Below, one piece after another: positions 50,500-64,000 of a DNA stretch of 64,000 nucleotides. Source of the stretch: Felis catus. Lineage: Eukaryota. Position 1 is the first letter of the stretch. The number at the start of each line of letters is the position of its first letter. The translations under genes and the position numbers were made by a program. The stretch lies in the NCBI RefSeq assembly GCF_018350175.1, contig NC_058368.1, positions 193,504,001 to 193,568,000 on the forward strand, given 5' to 3'. Under the pieces are notes generated by a model. The model worked only from the letters and a program-made list of their open reading frames with translations, did no database searches and was not told the DNA's origin.

Positions 50500-51065
50500 A
50501 AGAGGAGGAAGACAAATGGAAGATTTAAGAGAACAAACATGGAGATGCAATCAGTAAAATCCAGAATCTGGAAATCCCTTCAGAACAAATTATTCGTTTC
50601 TTCAACAAATAAATTGCAAAAGAAGAAAAAAAAAAGATGGGAACAAATGCTTATAGTTCACAGAAGATTCAATAAACAGGCCAACCAAATGCAATGTTCA
50701 GACCTTGTTTGAATAATGATTTGAATCAACAAAAAGAATTTTAGAATCACGTGGGATATGTGAGCCCTGATAGGATATTTGATATTTTTAAGAACTATTA
50801 TTGATTTGTTACATGTGATAATGATGCTGTGGTTGTTTTTAAGAGGAGCCCTTTATAGATATACTGAAATATATATAGATGAAATAATAGTATCTGGGAT
50901 ACACTTTAAAATAATCCAGGGGGGTTGTGAATTGAGGATCTACTGATAAGTCGGCATCAGCCATGAATTCATGACTACCATAATTAGGTTATGGGTACAT
51001 GGAGGTTCTTTGAACTATTCTCCCTACATCTGTTTCTGTTTAAAACTTTACATCACAAAAGTTGA
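50500..51065 (+). mobile_element. Old L1 (L1MC/ME-like) 3' UTR fragment
   Basis: atgcaatcagtaaaatccaga...caaccaaatgcaatg...gggtacatggaggttc...actattctccctac pattern. Confidence 0.7.
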
Positions 51066-51097
51066 AGAATGAGGAAAGAAACAGAGACTCAGTAAGA

Positions 51098-51102
<5 letters not shown>

Positions 51103-51145
<43 letters not shown>
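51103..51145. repeat. (GA)n microsatellite
   Basis: Pure GA run. Confidence 0.95.
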
Positions 51146-51149
<4 letters not shown>

Positions 51150-51769
51150 TGGCCATAGCGATGATTGGGAGACAGGCAGTGGATTTCTGCTTTAGCGAAT
51201 GGGAATAAAATATACTCAGAGGAGTGGACACTGGGAACAGAAGACAGTGAACAAGGGGAGGGATGTGGTCTTATTTCTCAGGGGCTCAGAGAGGCAGAGC
51301 ACAGTCATCAGCTGGGGTAGAGGAAGTGGTTCTATCTGGGGTCTTAAGCAGAACAGGCTCAGAGGCTTCTCTGTCAGGACATCAATAGGCTGTCAATTGG
51401 GAATGGAAAAAAAAAAAGGATCGTAGAACAGCACTGAGGGTCCCACTGAGGGGAAAGAGCATGGACTGTAAATAGATCAGGGCAGCACAGTTAGGGCTTT
51501 AGCACCAAGCCCTGAAGTCAGCAAAAGAGAGTAGGGTAAATAGCAGATTTTCCTAACTCCTCTCACACTGATAGCTTTTTCTCTTTCGTCAATGTCCCCA
51601 GTAGTTAATCTTAATCATGCAACTTATGACTAGTGTCTACGTTACTATTCTAGAACTAGTTACAATTATGTGAATATGTGCCGGGCACTGTGCTAAGCGC
51701 ATTGTGGGCATTAATTCCCTGAATCTTCACAACTGTGTTAGAGAAGTGGTATCACTTTCATTTTATCCC

Positions 51770-52430
51770 GTCAGTTATTCAAGAATACATTCAAGACAGT
51801 AATGTGTGCCAGGCATTGAGTGAGTTCAGTAGACAGACACGGGTCAAAAGACATTGATAGACTCCTGCCTTCATGGAGCTTGCCATCTAATGGGAGAGAC
51901 AAACTAAATAATTAAAAACAGAAAAATGTGTGTTTCATTACATTCGTGAAAATTGCCACGAAAGTAAAATAAAAAGTGCTATCAGAGTTTACAAGAAGGA
52001 GATTTAACTTTCTCAGAGGTTTCTGTGAGAAAATAATATTGAAACAGAGACATGAAGCATTAACAGCAGAAAACTGGGAAGAGACTTAAGAGAACATTCC
52101 AGACAGAGAGAGGTCAAAGATCGAGGGCTCAAAAGCCCTCTGAGAGAGGTAAGACTGATAAACATAGGAGACCAGATCAGATGCTCTTTGTAGACCCTCT
52201 TTATGCTGTGGGACTTCAGCCTAAGGGGAAGCTAAGGAAGAAAGTAACATCATACTTAGAATGAACAGAAGTTCAAGAGAGAGAGGACAGAGTGGGTGGA
52301 GTCTAAAGATATTCAGGATGCAAATTTGACCAATGGAACTTGGTGACTGATAAATTAGGGTATAAGGGTTAGAGAGAGGGGTATCAAGAATGACTTTAAA
52401 GTCTGGCATAAGAAACAAAGGTTGAGAGCA
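51770..52430 (-). mobile_element. L2 3' fragment
   Basis: tgtgtgccaggcattg...cctgccttcatggagcttgccatctaatgggagagac...atcaagaatgactttaaagtctggc. Confidence 0.65.
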
Positions 52431-53389
52431 GTTGTGTTTCATGTTGAAGGTCATGCAGGCAGCTAGTCAATAGGAGAGGAGATTCTGAAGCCCAGACTCA
52501 ATGCAGTTTATATTACTGGTTGCTAGTGAATACTTGTGGAGTGCCTACAAGGGTAGCATTCCACAGTGTTCTCATGACTCCTTTTTTCTTCAAGGCCATA
52601 ATAACAGCCAGGGACCTCTAGGTGATCAACGCAAGGCTCAGAAATGACAGCATGCTGGGGTAAATAGGAGGCACTCACTTGCCATTCCCTGTTGAGACAG
52701 CTTACAGCACATAAATCATAGTCATGTTGAAAGCAACCACCCCCACCTATCTGGAAGAAGCAGCCTGGGTAGCAATGTAGTTGAAGCTTAAGAGCTCTAG
52801 TTTGAGTTCTGATTCTTCTCTCCATCAGTTTATATGCTAAGATCAAACACAGGGTATAGAAAGGATCAAAGATTTAGTGAGGTAACAAAGCTAACCAAGA
52901 TCCAAGGCCAAGATCCAAGCTTTGTTAGCTTGGTAACAAAGCTAACCAAGATCCGAGTGGGGTGGTCTGAGATTTCCAAGTTGGTCTGTGTATACAGCCA
53001 GCCAGGGACTGTCATCCTAATGAATTTTTGATGTACCTACTATAAGCCACAGACCAAAAAGACTGAAAATTCCTAGAGTATAAATCATCTCATTAAATCC
53101 ATGCAACAAATAACTCTCCTATTACTTCAACCTTCACATTCTGCTACTTTCATGAGCTGAATGGAACATGGAAAATCATCCAGCCTGGTCCACCTAGGTT
53201 ACAGACAAGAATATAGATCACTACAGAGTGGAAGCGATGTGCCCAAGGACACATAACAAATTAGCAAGAGGACAGGAACTAAACTCCTAGTCTCCTAGAC
53301 TCTAAGGGCAGTGTTCTTCCTACTGGGCCAACCTATCCTTTCTAGAATACAGTCTGCCTGGTACACCCAAAATAATATTCCTGAAAATA

Positions 53390-55740
53390 ATTGATTCATG
53401 CAACAAATGTGTGTTGTGGGGCTCATTTATGCCAGACACTATTTTAGCAGCTAGGCAAACAACAATGAACAAAGTAGACCAGTATTCCTGCCTTCATGGA
53501 AATCTTAATCTAGTAGAGAAGGTGACAGCCAAGATGAATAAGTATAGTCTAGAATATGTGAAATAGTTATGCATTTTAGGGATCAGAATTACTGTCAGGT
53601 AAGGGCATGTCAAGTGTCATGGGTAGGGTAAAATTTTAGGCAACGTGGCCAAAGAAGGCCTTACTGTAAAGATGTCTTTTGAATAAAAACCCAAAGGAGG
53701 TGGAGGAGCTAGTCATGCAGATGTCCAGGAGAGGGCATCCCAGGCAGAAGGTAAGTGAGTGGAGGGGCTTAGAGTTGGGCACATGCCTGGGGTGTGGGGG
53801 AATGACAAGGAAGCGAGTATGGCTAACCTACAGAGAATGAAGAGGAAAGGATTAAGATAATGAGGTCAGAGAGGAAAGGGTGTCCAGCCCATGTAAGGTT
53901 TTGTGACTCAAAGGACGGACTTGGATTTTGATTTTGATTAAAGTAAGAAGTCTTGGTAAAGGGCAGCACTGGCTGACATTGGCCAGTCTGGTGTGTTGAA
54001 AACAGGACAAAGTGGAGGACAAGGGCAGAACTTTAGAGATCAGTTAGGACACTGTTGCAATAATCAAAAATCTGTTGGTGGATCAGAGTGGTAACAGGAT
54101 GTGATGAACAATAATTGAATTCTGGATATAATTGGAAGGTGGAACAGACAGTATTTGCAAAAAGCCTGAAAGTAAAGAATGAGAGAGAGAAGTTAAGGAT
54201 TATACTAAGGCAACTAGAGGAAGGCAATTGTCATTAATAAAGAATGTTTTGTTGGGGGGGGGGACACAATTTCATGAGCTCATTTTTAAATGTATGTCTA
54301 ATTTAAAATGCCTAATAAACATTCAGGTGGAGATGTCAAGTGGGAGGTTAACTCTGGAGTGTATGGGAGAAATCCTGGCTGGGAATATGCACTAGGCTGC
54401 ATATGGACGGTATGTATTTAAAGCAAGGAGACTGGATGAAATCAACTAGGGAGTGAGCATTAGATATAAAAGAGAAGGGGTTCATGGACTGAGCCCTAGA
54501 GCAATTCAATGTTCAGAGGTCAGGAAGGTGCAGATGATGTAGCACAAGAGGCAAAGACAGCACCCGGAAGTGTGGGAGAAGACCAGGTGAGCGTGGCCTC
54601 CTAGAAACCAAGCGAAGAAAGCACTTCAAGGAGAAAAGGAGGAGCCCCTCTGTCAGACACTACTGGTGGGAAAATACAGTGTTAGGACTCAGCAGTGACC
54701 ACTGAGCAGTTTAATGTGGAGGTTGCGGTTAATTTTAGTGAGAAGAGTTTTTGCAAAATATTTGGGAAGAAAAAAATCTGATTGGTGCGGGTTGAACAGA
54801 AGGAGAGAAATTGAAGATGGGCGGCTCAGCTCTATATTTCAGGGAATGCGTCTCCTGGAAGCAGAAGAAAGACTGATATTGACAAGGGGGGAGCAGGAAG
54901 ACAACAGCTTGTCCGCCTGCTTATGGCTCCACCAGGGAGGGGAAGTGGGGCAGGAGAGAGAGGCAAGCCTTACTGAAATAAAGTCTCTGTATCGGTGAGA
55001 GGGTCATGATGTTCTTTTCTGAAGACTTCATTTTCCTTAAGTGGCAAGTGAGGTCAGGAGCTGTGAGTGTGGATGGAGGTGTTGGGGGTTTGAGAAGAAA
55101 CAAGGAAGTGTGAAATAATTATCAGGGAGAGTGGGGAGAATGGACAGGGGAAATGTAGCAGGATTTCTAGGCAGCATTAAGAACTTACTTAAGGATCACA
55201 AGTGTAAAGAGAAATCAGTGACCATGGTTGGGTTTATTTTGTGGCCATTCTTGTACAAGTTCTGCCCCTGAGTAGGTGAAGAGTTCCATGTAATCGGGTT
55301 GTAGCTTAGGCAGGTGAGTATGACCAAAGAGTATGCACTGCAGGGGTTCAGGACATGGGAAGGGGAACTAAGAGGTGTCAAAGAGAATGAGTAGAATGAT
55401 TGATTGTACGATTTAAGCTGGGTAAGGAGGCAAGTGAGGCCATAGGGCAAGGGACTACTGACAGCACAAATGCAAGAGGACCAATGGATTGAAAAGGCAG
55501 GTGGATTCAAAGGCTTGCTGGAGACAGTCCACAGAGTCTGCTGGAAGTAGAGGAGGTGGTAGATGGGCTTGAAAGTGAGATTTGGGGGGATTTGAAGTGA
55601 GAGGAACTAATGAGATCGGGTTAGGACCATGACAGAGAGTAGATTAGGAAGGATAAGACGATTAGAGGAGAGGAGGTTAAGGAAGTGCAGGGTTGTGCTG
55701 GATGACAGTTGCCTATGGTGATGGGGCATTATTCAGAATC
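53390..55740 (-). mobile_element. Long L2 remnant (about 2.3 kb, 3' end plus decayed ORF2 region)
   Basis: Starts at L2 tail ttgattcatgcaacaaat...tatgccagacact...cctgccttcatggaa; continuous purine-rich antisense L2 (aaacattcaggtggagatgtcaagtggg, gactggatgaaatcaactagggag, ggactgagccctaga); far boundary uncertain. Confidence 0.75.
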
Positions 55741-55861
55741 GGAGCTCCAAGGACACTGGAATTAGAATGGCAGTCCTTACCAGGTGCTGTGCATCCTCTC
55801 CAGAGCAAGGACCATGCACTGCTACCTATTTTTTTTATTGAATTGTTTATTTATTGAGTAC

Positions 55862-55934
55862 CGGGGCAGATATTATTACTGTTTACTGATACCCATTTCA
55901 TCTCTATTTCTAGAGAAACAGAGTAAGAAGTGAG

Positions 55935-55966
<32 letters not shown>

Positions 55967-56295
55967 CCTCAATGTTAGGCATGGCCATATGAATTGCTTT
56001 GGCTAATGAGGCAGGGAAAGAAGTGACATGGGTCACCATACGGGAGCATGTCCTTGCCAGGGTTTGGTCTGCTAATCTCACTTATCCCCTGCCATGTCGA
56101 GCTCGGAAACATGATTCCACAATAGTCATCTTGTAACTGACCATGACATGGAGGCCAGCTGCGTTGGAGACCCAGCCACATTTGCAGTGAACTATATATG
56201 AGCAAGAAATAAGCCACTGCTAAGATCTGGGCTTAGCCACTGCTAAGATCTGGTCGTTTTCCAATAAAGCCTCACCTAGCGTTAGCTGACTGACA
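55862..56295 (+). mobile_element. MLT1-family solo LTR with internal (TG)n and a short tandem duplication
   Basis: ggccatatgaattgctttggctaatgag...gaagtgacatg...atgagcaagaaataagcc...agctgactgaca; agccactgctaagatctgg occurs twice. Confidence 0.7.
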
Positions 56296-56570
56296 TTTGT
56301 ATCACTTGGCAGCTGGCCCTTTGCCAAATGTTGAGGCTACAGAGATGAATAAAGCACCATCAGAGCCCTCATGGTGGCAGGGGGTGAGGGACAAGGTAGA
56401 GGAAATGAGGTCTCACACTAGGGGCAGTGAAAAAAAGTCTCTGCAAAGGGTGAAGGGAAGCCTTTGCAAACAGGTTTTGGGCCACAGGTTTTCTCACTGT
56501 TGCTTGGCATTTGGAGTCCTCCACAATTAGACCTAATTTCGCTTTTCCTTTCCTTTGTTTTTAGATTTCC

Positions 56571-56668
56571 TTTTTTTTTAGTAACCTCTACCGCCAACAT
56601 GGGGTTTGAACTTATGACCCCAAGATCAAAAGTTGCATGGTCCTCCAAAAAAGCCAGCCAAATGCCCC
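56571..56668 (-). mobile_element. Short old carnivore tRNA-derived SINE
   Basis: Poly-T then ccaacatggggtttgaacttatgaccccaagatcaaaagttgcatg...agccagccaaatgcccc. Confidence 0.75.
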
Positions 56669-57237
56669 TATTCTCACTTTTCGGGCTCTTCATTTGAGTT
56701 CTGGGGCTCCACTCAATAAATATGCGTTGAGAGTCAGGTACCGTGCCAAGAGTTAAAGGCAGCAGTAAATGAAACACAATCCCTGCCCTCATGGGATTAA
56801 CAGTTTAGTGGAGAAGGATCTTAAATGATGAGTTTACAGCTGGAGCGAGTGTTATGAAGGAGCAATGTACAACAAGGCACCTAACCTAGATCCCCCGGGA
56901 GGTGAGCAGCAGGTGTGAAGGGGACACACTCCAGTCACTGGATGGGGCTCGTGCAGATGCCGTTACATGAGAGAGAACAGGGCCGGCTCAGGGCACTGAA
57001 GGTGACCTGTACACCTGAGCGGGGAGACAAAGGAAGGGAGTGGCAGGAGGTAAATCTCCCCAGGTGAGCATAGGCAAGGGACAGTGAGTGAAGGCTTTGC
57101 AGGCTCAGGGGTTTGGATCTTGAGCCTAAAGACAAGGGGATGCAATCCAAAGTCAGATTCTTAGTCATATTCTCAAATTTTCATTTTTAAGATCACTTTG
57201 GCAATCGAGTTTACAATGCGTTTGAAAGGAGTAAACT

Positions 57238-57436
57238 GAGCCTGGGTGGCTCAGTTGGTTAAGCATCTGACTTCGGTTCAGATCATGATCTCAAGGTTCA
57301 TGGGTTCAAACCCATATTGGGCTCTCCGCTGTCAGTGCAGAGCCCACATTGGATCTTCTGTCTCCCTCTCTCTGGGCCCTTCCCCAGCTCGCTCTGTCTC
57401 TCAAAAATAAATAAAAATTAAAAAAAAAAAAAGAAA
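57238..57436 (+). mobile_element. Can-SINE inserted in an L2 remnant
   Basis: gcctgggtggctcagttggttaagcatctgact...ggttcaaaccc...aaataaataaaatt and poly-A; gagtaaa repeated on flanks. Confidence 0.92.
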
Positions 57437-59599
57437 GAAAAGAGTAAATGTAAATGCAGGTAGAAACAGGAGGAAACTTCTGTCACCAGCAGATAAAGGG
57501 AAGGTGGTAACCTCAGAGGGTAACTTGGAAGGGGGCTGAGTGGAAGTGGGAGGCTACAAAATACATTTTGAAAGAAAAATTCAATTTAACTTGTGATTGC
57601 TATAAATATGAGAGGTGAAAGAGGAAAATTCAAAGATAATTCCAGTTATCTGAACAACTAAAAGGGGCAGTGGTGCCACTGCTGATAAAGGAAGGCAATT
57701 CTAGGTGGGTTTGGAAGAGGGGATTCAATTTGAGGCATGAAAATTAGCTGAAATATTTGAGTGCACCCATCTGTGTTAGGATAATACACTTCTCTGTACT
57801 TTGTGTCTGCACCCACGTCTGTTCCTTCTGTTTGATTGTTAAAGCTCTGAGAGCAGAAACCTTATCTGATTCATGTCACACACCAATGTCCTACCACCCA
57901 GCCCACAGGGCTGAGCTATGCATCAAGTAAGCACAAGGACACTCTGACCCAATGAGCAAAATGGACACATCTGGTTCTTTGAGTTCAGGTTGGGAGAAGC
58001 TAATTTCACCTTGTCTCCACTCCAGGATCCATTGTTGGTTTCCTGGCTCTTATATCAGGGTGGCTTCCTTGTGAGTTGTGTCTAGATTTGGTTCACCTGA
58101 GGTCAGCACACAGGAAATGTTGTTTATTTCTCCACCATCTGAACTGGTTGTGCTTCTTTGATCTGATGGATTGGCCTGAAACAGGCATTGAAAAAACTTT
58201 GTTTTCTTAGTAGATTTCAGGTACATTCTGTTTCAAAATGCTGTATCTGGAGTCAGAACTCTTTCTGATAACATTTTACCAAATACACTTTGTCTCCTTT
58301 AAGACCTTAAAGGTAAAGAGAAGCAGCAGCTAGTTCAAAATTAGTGCACCTATTGTTATCTGTGCAATGTAGTTCATGGGCTTCAAAAGCATCCGATGTC
58401 CTTTAAAAATACATATGCACTAAAAGATGACTTTAATATCACCATTAGTACAGTATTCTTCAGCTTAAGGCTTTGATTCTTGCTAAAAGATATATCCATC
58501 TCCCCTCCTCTCCATTTTCTCCTCTCAAACATGCTAGGATATGCCTCAAGCTATTTGCATTCATTTACACTTGAGTTCAAATAAGATTTAGAATCTCATG
58601 AAAGCAGGATTGCTTTAGGAAAACCATCTGGTGTTCTAGTGAAGGTGGTGGGGCTGAGAGTCAAAAGTCTGGGGGCCTTGCACTCTGCCTTGTGTGATGT
58701 GGCTTTGGTGAGATGAATGAACTTTCCGGGGCTCAAGTGTGTTATCTGAGAATTGGAGATCCTACTCTGCACTTTGTGTATCTGGTTGATCCAAACAACA
58801 ACCTTTAATAGAGTTTTAGAGTGTCTGTCCAAATCACCACTTGCCCCTTTCCCTGAGAAGTGTCCTCACCTTTCCCCCCAGCCAGGAAGTGAGTCCCAAG
58901 CAGTTGTGTGTCCTCTTAGTGATTCTTCTCACCAGTGCAAGTTGAGCAAGCAGAGTGGACCCCATATATCAGCCAGGCAAATCACTTTCACTCTTCCAGA
59001 ATGTTCGAACCGTGATGGAAAGGTGATAACTCACATGTGCTGGTGGGCTGCAGCCACCTACATGCCGTAGAGTGTCCTTATGCTTTTTGAGCCAACTGAG
59101 GAGTCCCAAAATCTAATTTGCAGGGAGAGAGGATGAAGCAGAGATGCCAGTAGGAGTAAAGACCAGAGACTGAGTTGTGCCTGTGTTTCTGCAAGCATTT
59201 CAGATCTTTGTTCCAGGCTTTTCCTAATGTCCAGGTGTGACATTCCCAGGAGTTTCCTCAGATATTCCTGTATTCTTATAATAATTTCCCTCTTCCTGCC
59301 CAAACTAGCATAGGGTGATTTCTATTCCTTGCAAGCAAAATGTCCTTCTCAGATTAATACATAGTATAGGGAGCCACTAGGAGTTCTGTCCTGTGGGAGT
59401 GACTAGGTAGAAGAATAGCGCACTGGAAAGCCCGTTCACCACTATTCCATGAACATCTATGGATTTTGCCCAAAGCACCTCAAAACATTCCAATCTAGTG
59501 GGCATTTTTCACTCTGGCCTTTCTCTGCTCTCTGCAACATTCAATGTCTTAACCAATGTTTTCTTTTTTTCCTATAATGGCATTTTAATTTTTTTGTGC

Positions 59600-60120
59600 T
59601 TTAATATGTTTACAGCTTTACTGAGTTATGGACTATTAGTGGCACATATTTAAAGTAAGTCATTTGAGGGGTGCCTGGGTGGCTCAGTTGGTTGAACGTC
59701 TGACTCTTGATTTCAGTTCAGGTCATGATCCCAGGGTCATGGGATCGAGCCCTGAGTCGGGCTCCACACTGTGCATGGAGCCTGGTTAAGATTCTCTCTT
59801 TCTTTGTCTCTCTCTCCCTGTGCCCCTCTGCTGTTCATGCCTGCTTGTGCACTCTCTCTCTGAAATAAAAAATAAATAAATATTAAAAATGATAAAAATA
59901 AAGTAAGCCATTTGATGATGTTGATAGATGTATACAGCAGTGAAATCATTACAAAGTCCAGGCGATGGATATATCCATTACTTCTAAAAGTCTCCTGGTA
60001 CCTGTCTATAATCTCTTTCTTCTCCCCTTGTCCCAGGTCCCCTTCTCGTTCACTGTAGATTAGTTTGCATTTCTTTGAATTTCATATACACAGATTCATA
60101 TAGTATTCGCTCTTTTTAGA
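59600..60120 (-). mobile_element. Old L1 (L1MB-like) 3' end, interrupted by a Can-SINE
   Basis: cagctttactgag...cacatatttaaagt...tatccattacttctaaaagtctcct...cactgtagattagtttgcatttctttgaatttcatata. Confidence 0.7.
59668..59899 (+). mobile_element. Can-SINE
   Basis: ggggtgcctgggtggctcagttggtt head; TSD aaagtaag(t/c)catttga. Confidence 0.94.
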
Positions 60121-61948
60121 AACCATTCCTTTAAAAATATTTGAGTACTTGGGCTCTAGGGATACAGCCAAGAACTGGACATAGTTCTTGTCATCAGAGA
60201 GGTTCTGCCTACTATGAAGGGCAGACATTGATAAATAAGGACAGTAAATCCTATTGTGAGTTTTCATAAGTGGAGAAGCTCTGGAGGAGGTATATACCAG
60301 GAGCATCTAACTCAGGGGCTTAGGAGAGATCTGAAGGTCTAATAGGAATAAGAACAATTAAAGGTCACAGTGGCAGTAGGGTCCAGACAGAGGGAGCAGA
60401 GTGTGAGAAGTTTCAACAGGAGGAGAAAACATGGCATATTTAAGGAGCAGAAAGAAGGGCCACATGGCTGGAGACTCCCAGGGAGGAGCGGTAGGCGAAG
60501 AGAGCAGGTCACTGTTGATCTTGTGCCATAGATTCTCTTTCCTTCTCACTTCTGGCCCTTGGTCAACCTTCCCAACAGTTCCTTGTCTTCTTTCTTCTGA
60601 TTTGCTAAGACATCTCCTCCCCAGACAGGGAATTGAAGTACCCAGAGTCACATAGCTAGCTGGAGTCAAAGTGAGGTTATAGCTCAATTCTCCCAACTCC
60701 TGAGTCCAATACCTCTGCACACTCCGATGGCGGGACAGGACGTCAGTTACCCAGGGCTGTAGAGCACCTGACACCAGACCCTGACATCATAGCAGGAATC
60801 AAGGTGAGTGGATGTGTCAACTGTCAAAGACACAGGGTAGGAAGAAGTGTGTCACTGACACAGAGACAGCCCCACGCCACTCAGCACTTGATTACCTACT
60901 GGCAGTAAAGCCTGTTTATGCCATCCCTCACATTTTTCTTCAATTTAATGAAGTAATTAATGCTATAAAAAGCTATGAAAATATAAATGTAAGAAAGCAT
61001 GTTGCATAATTAATAATCTATGCATATGCATGGCAGGGTGTTTCTTTCTGGCATACATATGCATGTATCATTAATTGGAACATAATCAATTTGTTTTACT
61101 GCCAGGGTATCGGTACAAGTTATGCTGCCTATATGTCAGCTGCCAGCCTGTCTCTAGGGTATATGACACCGATCACACAGGGAACCAGCTGGGACCAGGA
61201 GCAAAGTGCTGGTCCAGAGAACGGACTGGTTTCTGCACTCAGCTCTATACTAATTTGCTGTGTGACTCCAGTTATTTTTCTCTGGGCCTCAGTTTCCCCA
61301 TTTGTTACATTGGGGGCTGGTCTGAACTGACAGTTTATATCAATAAAGTCAGTACCTCTTCTAATTCAAACAAAACCTTAAGTGGAAACTGATATACAAA
61401 GCATAGAAGTAGAGACTCTCGTGAAGCATGGAGCTGGGTTTCCCTCTAATTCAAAGCTCTCTTACTCTCTGCTCCTCCTGTGCCCCTTGAGGCTCTATAA
61501 ATTAATTTGAAAAGTGCTGGGCTAGATAATTGGAAAAGTCCCTTGTAGTACTTTCTTTCCTGTGTCAGGACTGTCAGCTACAGAGGGTCACATCAGGCCA
61601 CGTAATATGGTGGGGAACCTGGATTTGACCTGAGTTCACATTTGGGTTTTGTCCCCTGTTAGCACTGTGACCTCGACTCTCCCACTCAGCTTGCATGCCA
61701 AGAAAGAAAGTAATCCTTGTCCCCTTTTATCATATAGAGATACCAAATGAGATAGTGTATATCAAAGTGCTCTGAACTACTAAGGGTTAAGGATGTAGGC
61801 TCTCACCCCAGTTGCTCTGCCCCTTACTAACCATGTGATCTTGAGTAAGTTACTTAACCTTTTTTGTGCGGTGGTTTCTTCATCTATAAAATGGGCATCA
61901 TAACATTATCTCTGTATAAGTTGTTGGGTGAATATATCTATCACACTT

Positions 61949-62135
61949 GGGGCGCCAGGGTGGCCCAGTCGGTTAAATGTCAGACTCTTGATTTTGGCTC
62001 AGGTCATGATGCCAGGGTCGTGGAATTGAACCCTGTGTCGGGTTCCACACTGTACGTGGAGTCTGCTTGGTACTCTCTCTGTCTCTCTGCCCCTGCTCCC
62101 TCTCGTGCTCTCTGTCTCTGTCTCTAAAATAAAAA
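61949..62135 (+). mobile_element. Can-SINE inserted in a MIR
   Basis: ggggcgccagggtggcccagtcggtt head, CT tract, aaaataaaaa tail; degenerate TSD; MIR core immediately upstream. Confidence 0.9.
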
Positions 62136-63250
62136 TAATAAATCTATTACGCTTAAAAACAGTCTACATTCAATAAATGTACATAATTATTGTTATTTGT
62201 ATTATCATCAACACTGGTGAAAGCAACGGGTCACGAAGGATGAAGGGGCCTAGGTTTTCATCTTAAACCCATTGCCTCCTAAATGCCAGTCCTGATTAGA
62301 TGAAGAGGGCCACCTGGGAGAATTCTGCAGCACATATGAGAGAAGAGATCCAATGAAACGTTGACATTAAAATGCTTTGGGAAATTAGCTCATCTTTACA
62401 AATGCCACATTTAGATACGCCTCTCCCCCCTCAAAAAAAAAAAAAAACCTAAATGAAATGACAGGATTGAAAAATGATCCTGAGCGTTAGAAAAGGAAGA
62501 TACCAGGTTTAACAGGACATTCAAATGTCCTATCAGTTTTGGCTGAGGCATGAAGAAAACAGGCACTACATTTTAAAGTAAGACTTGCACAGGATTTGCA
62601 AAAGGGAGATGCCAGATTAATCATTTACTACCTGTCACCCCCAGCCCCTCACCGAGTCAACCACCCACTTCGGCCTGCAAAGGTGGAAAGGCTGAGAAAC
62701 AGAGCAGAGACGGAGAGACCGAAATGGTTTTAAGAGACAAACGGTAGTGTGCTGTGAGCCTGCCTGCCAAGCCGGGGGCCTGGGCGGGAGCCTACCTTGC
62801 ACCTGAAGCCCAGGTAGATGGCTTTAAGGAGACTACATAGAAAGTTTCCTTGTCTTTCTTGGGGTCTGAAGGATAGAGAGGTGGGGGTAGGGGATATTGC
62901 AGTAGATTGCTGACCATTCCTGAGAAACTGGCTGGCCAGCTTCTTAAATGGCAGAGCAAAGGAGAGGTTAGAAACGGTGGTCCCAAAGGAAGGCTCTTAG
63001 TATAAGAGATCCCCAAACCATTCTAGTGGACCAAATCTGGGTCATGTGTGATAGACATTGGAATGGGATCCCCTTAGACATTTCTAGAAAGACTGCCTGA
63101 AAAATGGAAAAGGTCTTATCCCAGAGAAGGTGTACTGCCCAATTCCCAGGGATTAAGCAAAGAGCTACAAGAAATGAGGCAAAATAGAGATGCATTAATC
63201 CTCTTCAAGGGAACTATAAATGCCAGATACCCATTAGTAAAAGCTCTCTG

Positions 63251-63607
63251 TGACCATTTGTTTTGTTTCTTAAATTCCACATGTGAGTGAAATCATGTGG
63301 TCTTTCTTGGACTTATTTTGCTTAGCGTAATACAGTCTAGCTCCATCCACATTGTTGCAAATGGAAAAAAGAGAGAGGCAAACCAAGAAACAGATTCTTA
63401 ACTATAGAGAACAAACTGATGGTTACCAGAGAGGAGGCGGGCGGGGGGAGGGAGAGTAAAATAGGTGATGGAGATGAAGGAGTGCACTTGTTGTGATGAG
63501 CACCGGGTGTTGTATGTAGATGTTGAATCACTAAATTGTACCCCTGAAACTAATATTACACTGTGTGTTAACTCACCGGCATTAAAATAAAACTTGGAAA
63601 AATAAAA
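63251..63607 (+). mobile_element. 5'-truncated carnivore L1 with 5' inversion
   Basis: 13-bp TSD taaaagctctctg (63238-63250, 63608-63620); 63251-63365 is antisense L1 ORF2-end/3'UTR, 63366-63607 is the sense 3' end with A-rich tail. Confidence 0.88.
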
Positions 63608-64000
63608 TAAAAGCTCTCTGAATCCCCCCATCTTTCTGAATCCCCCCGCGCCACCCCTCCCCCATCCTTTCTTTCCAACAAAGAAAACAGTCAGCAGTGA
63701 ACATCTCTGAGAGAGTACAACATCCACTCACCACAGTATAGGTCAACCTGGAACTTCCCTACTCCACTCCAGCCTACACCGTCAGTCCTGGAGAGTGAGA
63801 GATCTTAGGTTAGCAAAATGGAGGAAGAGTTGAAGCACAAGGTGGGGACAGAGATTAGAAGCCGTTCACAATCTGTGCCCCCACCCACCATTTGTAATTT
63901 TCCACCTATAAAGGGTATAGATTGCATAAACAGAGAAGTTTTCCTTGTAAATTTGAGATCTTTGACTATTACATGGAACTAGAGATTTTACTCTCTGGAT

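Overview
Mammalian genomic DNA from a carnivore, very probably a felid (many tRNA-derived Can-SINEs of SINEC_Fc type and a cat-type L1 3' end). The only protein-coding gene I can support is the 5' end of GRIA1 (AMPA glutamate receptor subunit GluA1) on the minus strand. Coding exon 1 is 34141-34222 ([28 protein letters not shown]) and exon 2 is 30970-31107 ([46 protein letters not shown]), separated by a 3,033-bp GT-AG intron. Positions 1-30969 are the start of the long intron 2, with no exon 3 in the window; positions above about 34.6 kb are promoter and upstream intergenic DNA. The rest is ordinary eutherian repeat landscape (Can-SINE, MIR, L2, L1, MaLR/ERV LTRs, hAT and Tigger MITEs, microsatellites). 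Almost all ORFs in the supplied track are spurious. I found no convincing novel multi-gene system. The items most worth checking are: a frame-broken counterpart of the human alternative GRIA1 first exon in intron 1; three upstream ATGs in the leader; a rearranged SINE carrying two perfect AGGTCATGACCT palindromes; inverted SINE pairs in intron 2; and an unexplained GC-rich island about 11 kb upstream. Repeat family names and reference protein sequences are recalled from memory, not searched; boundaries of old repeats are approximate.
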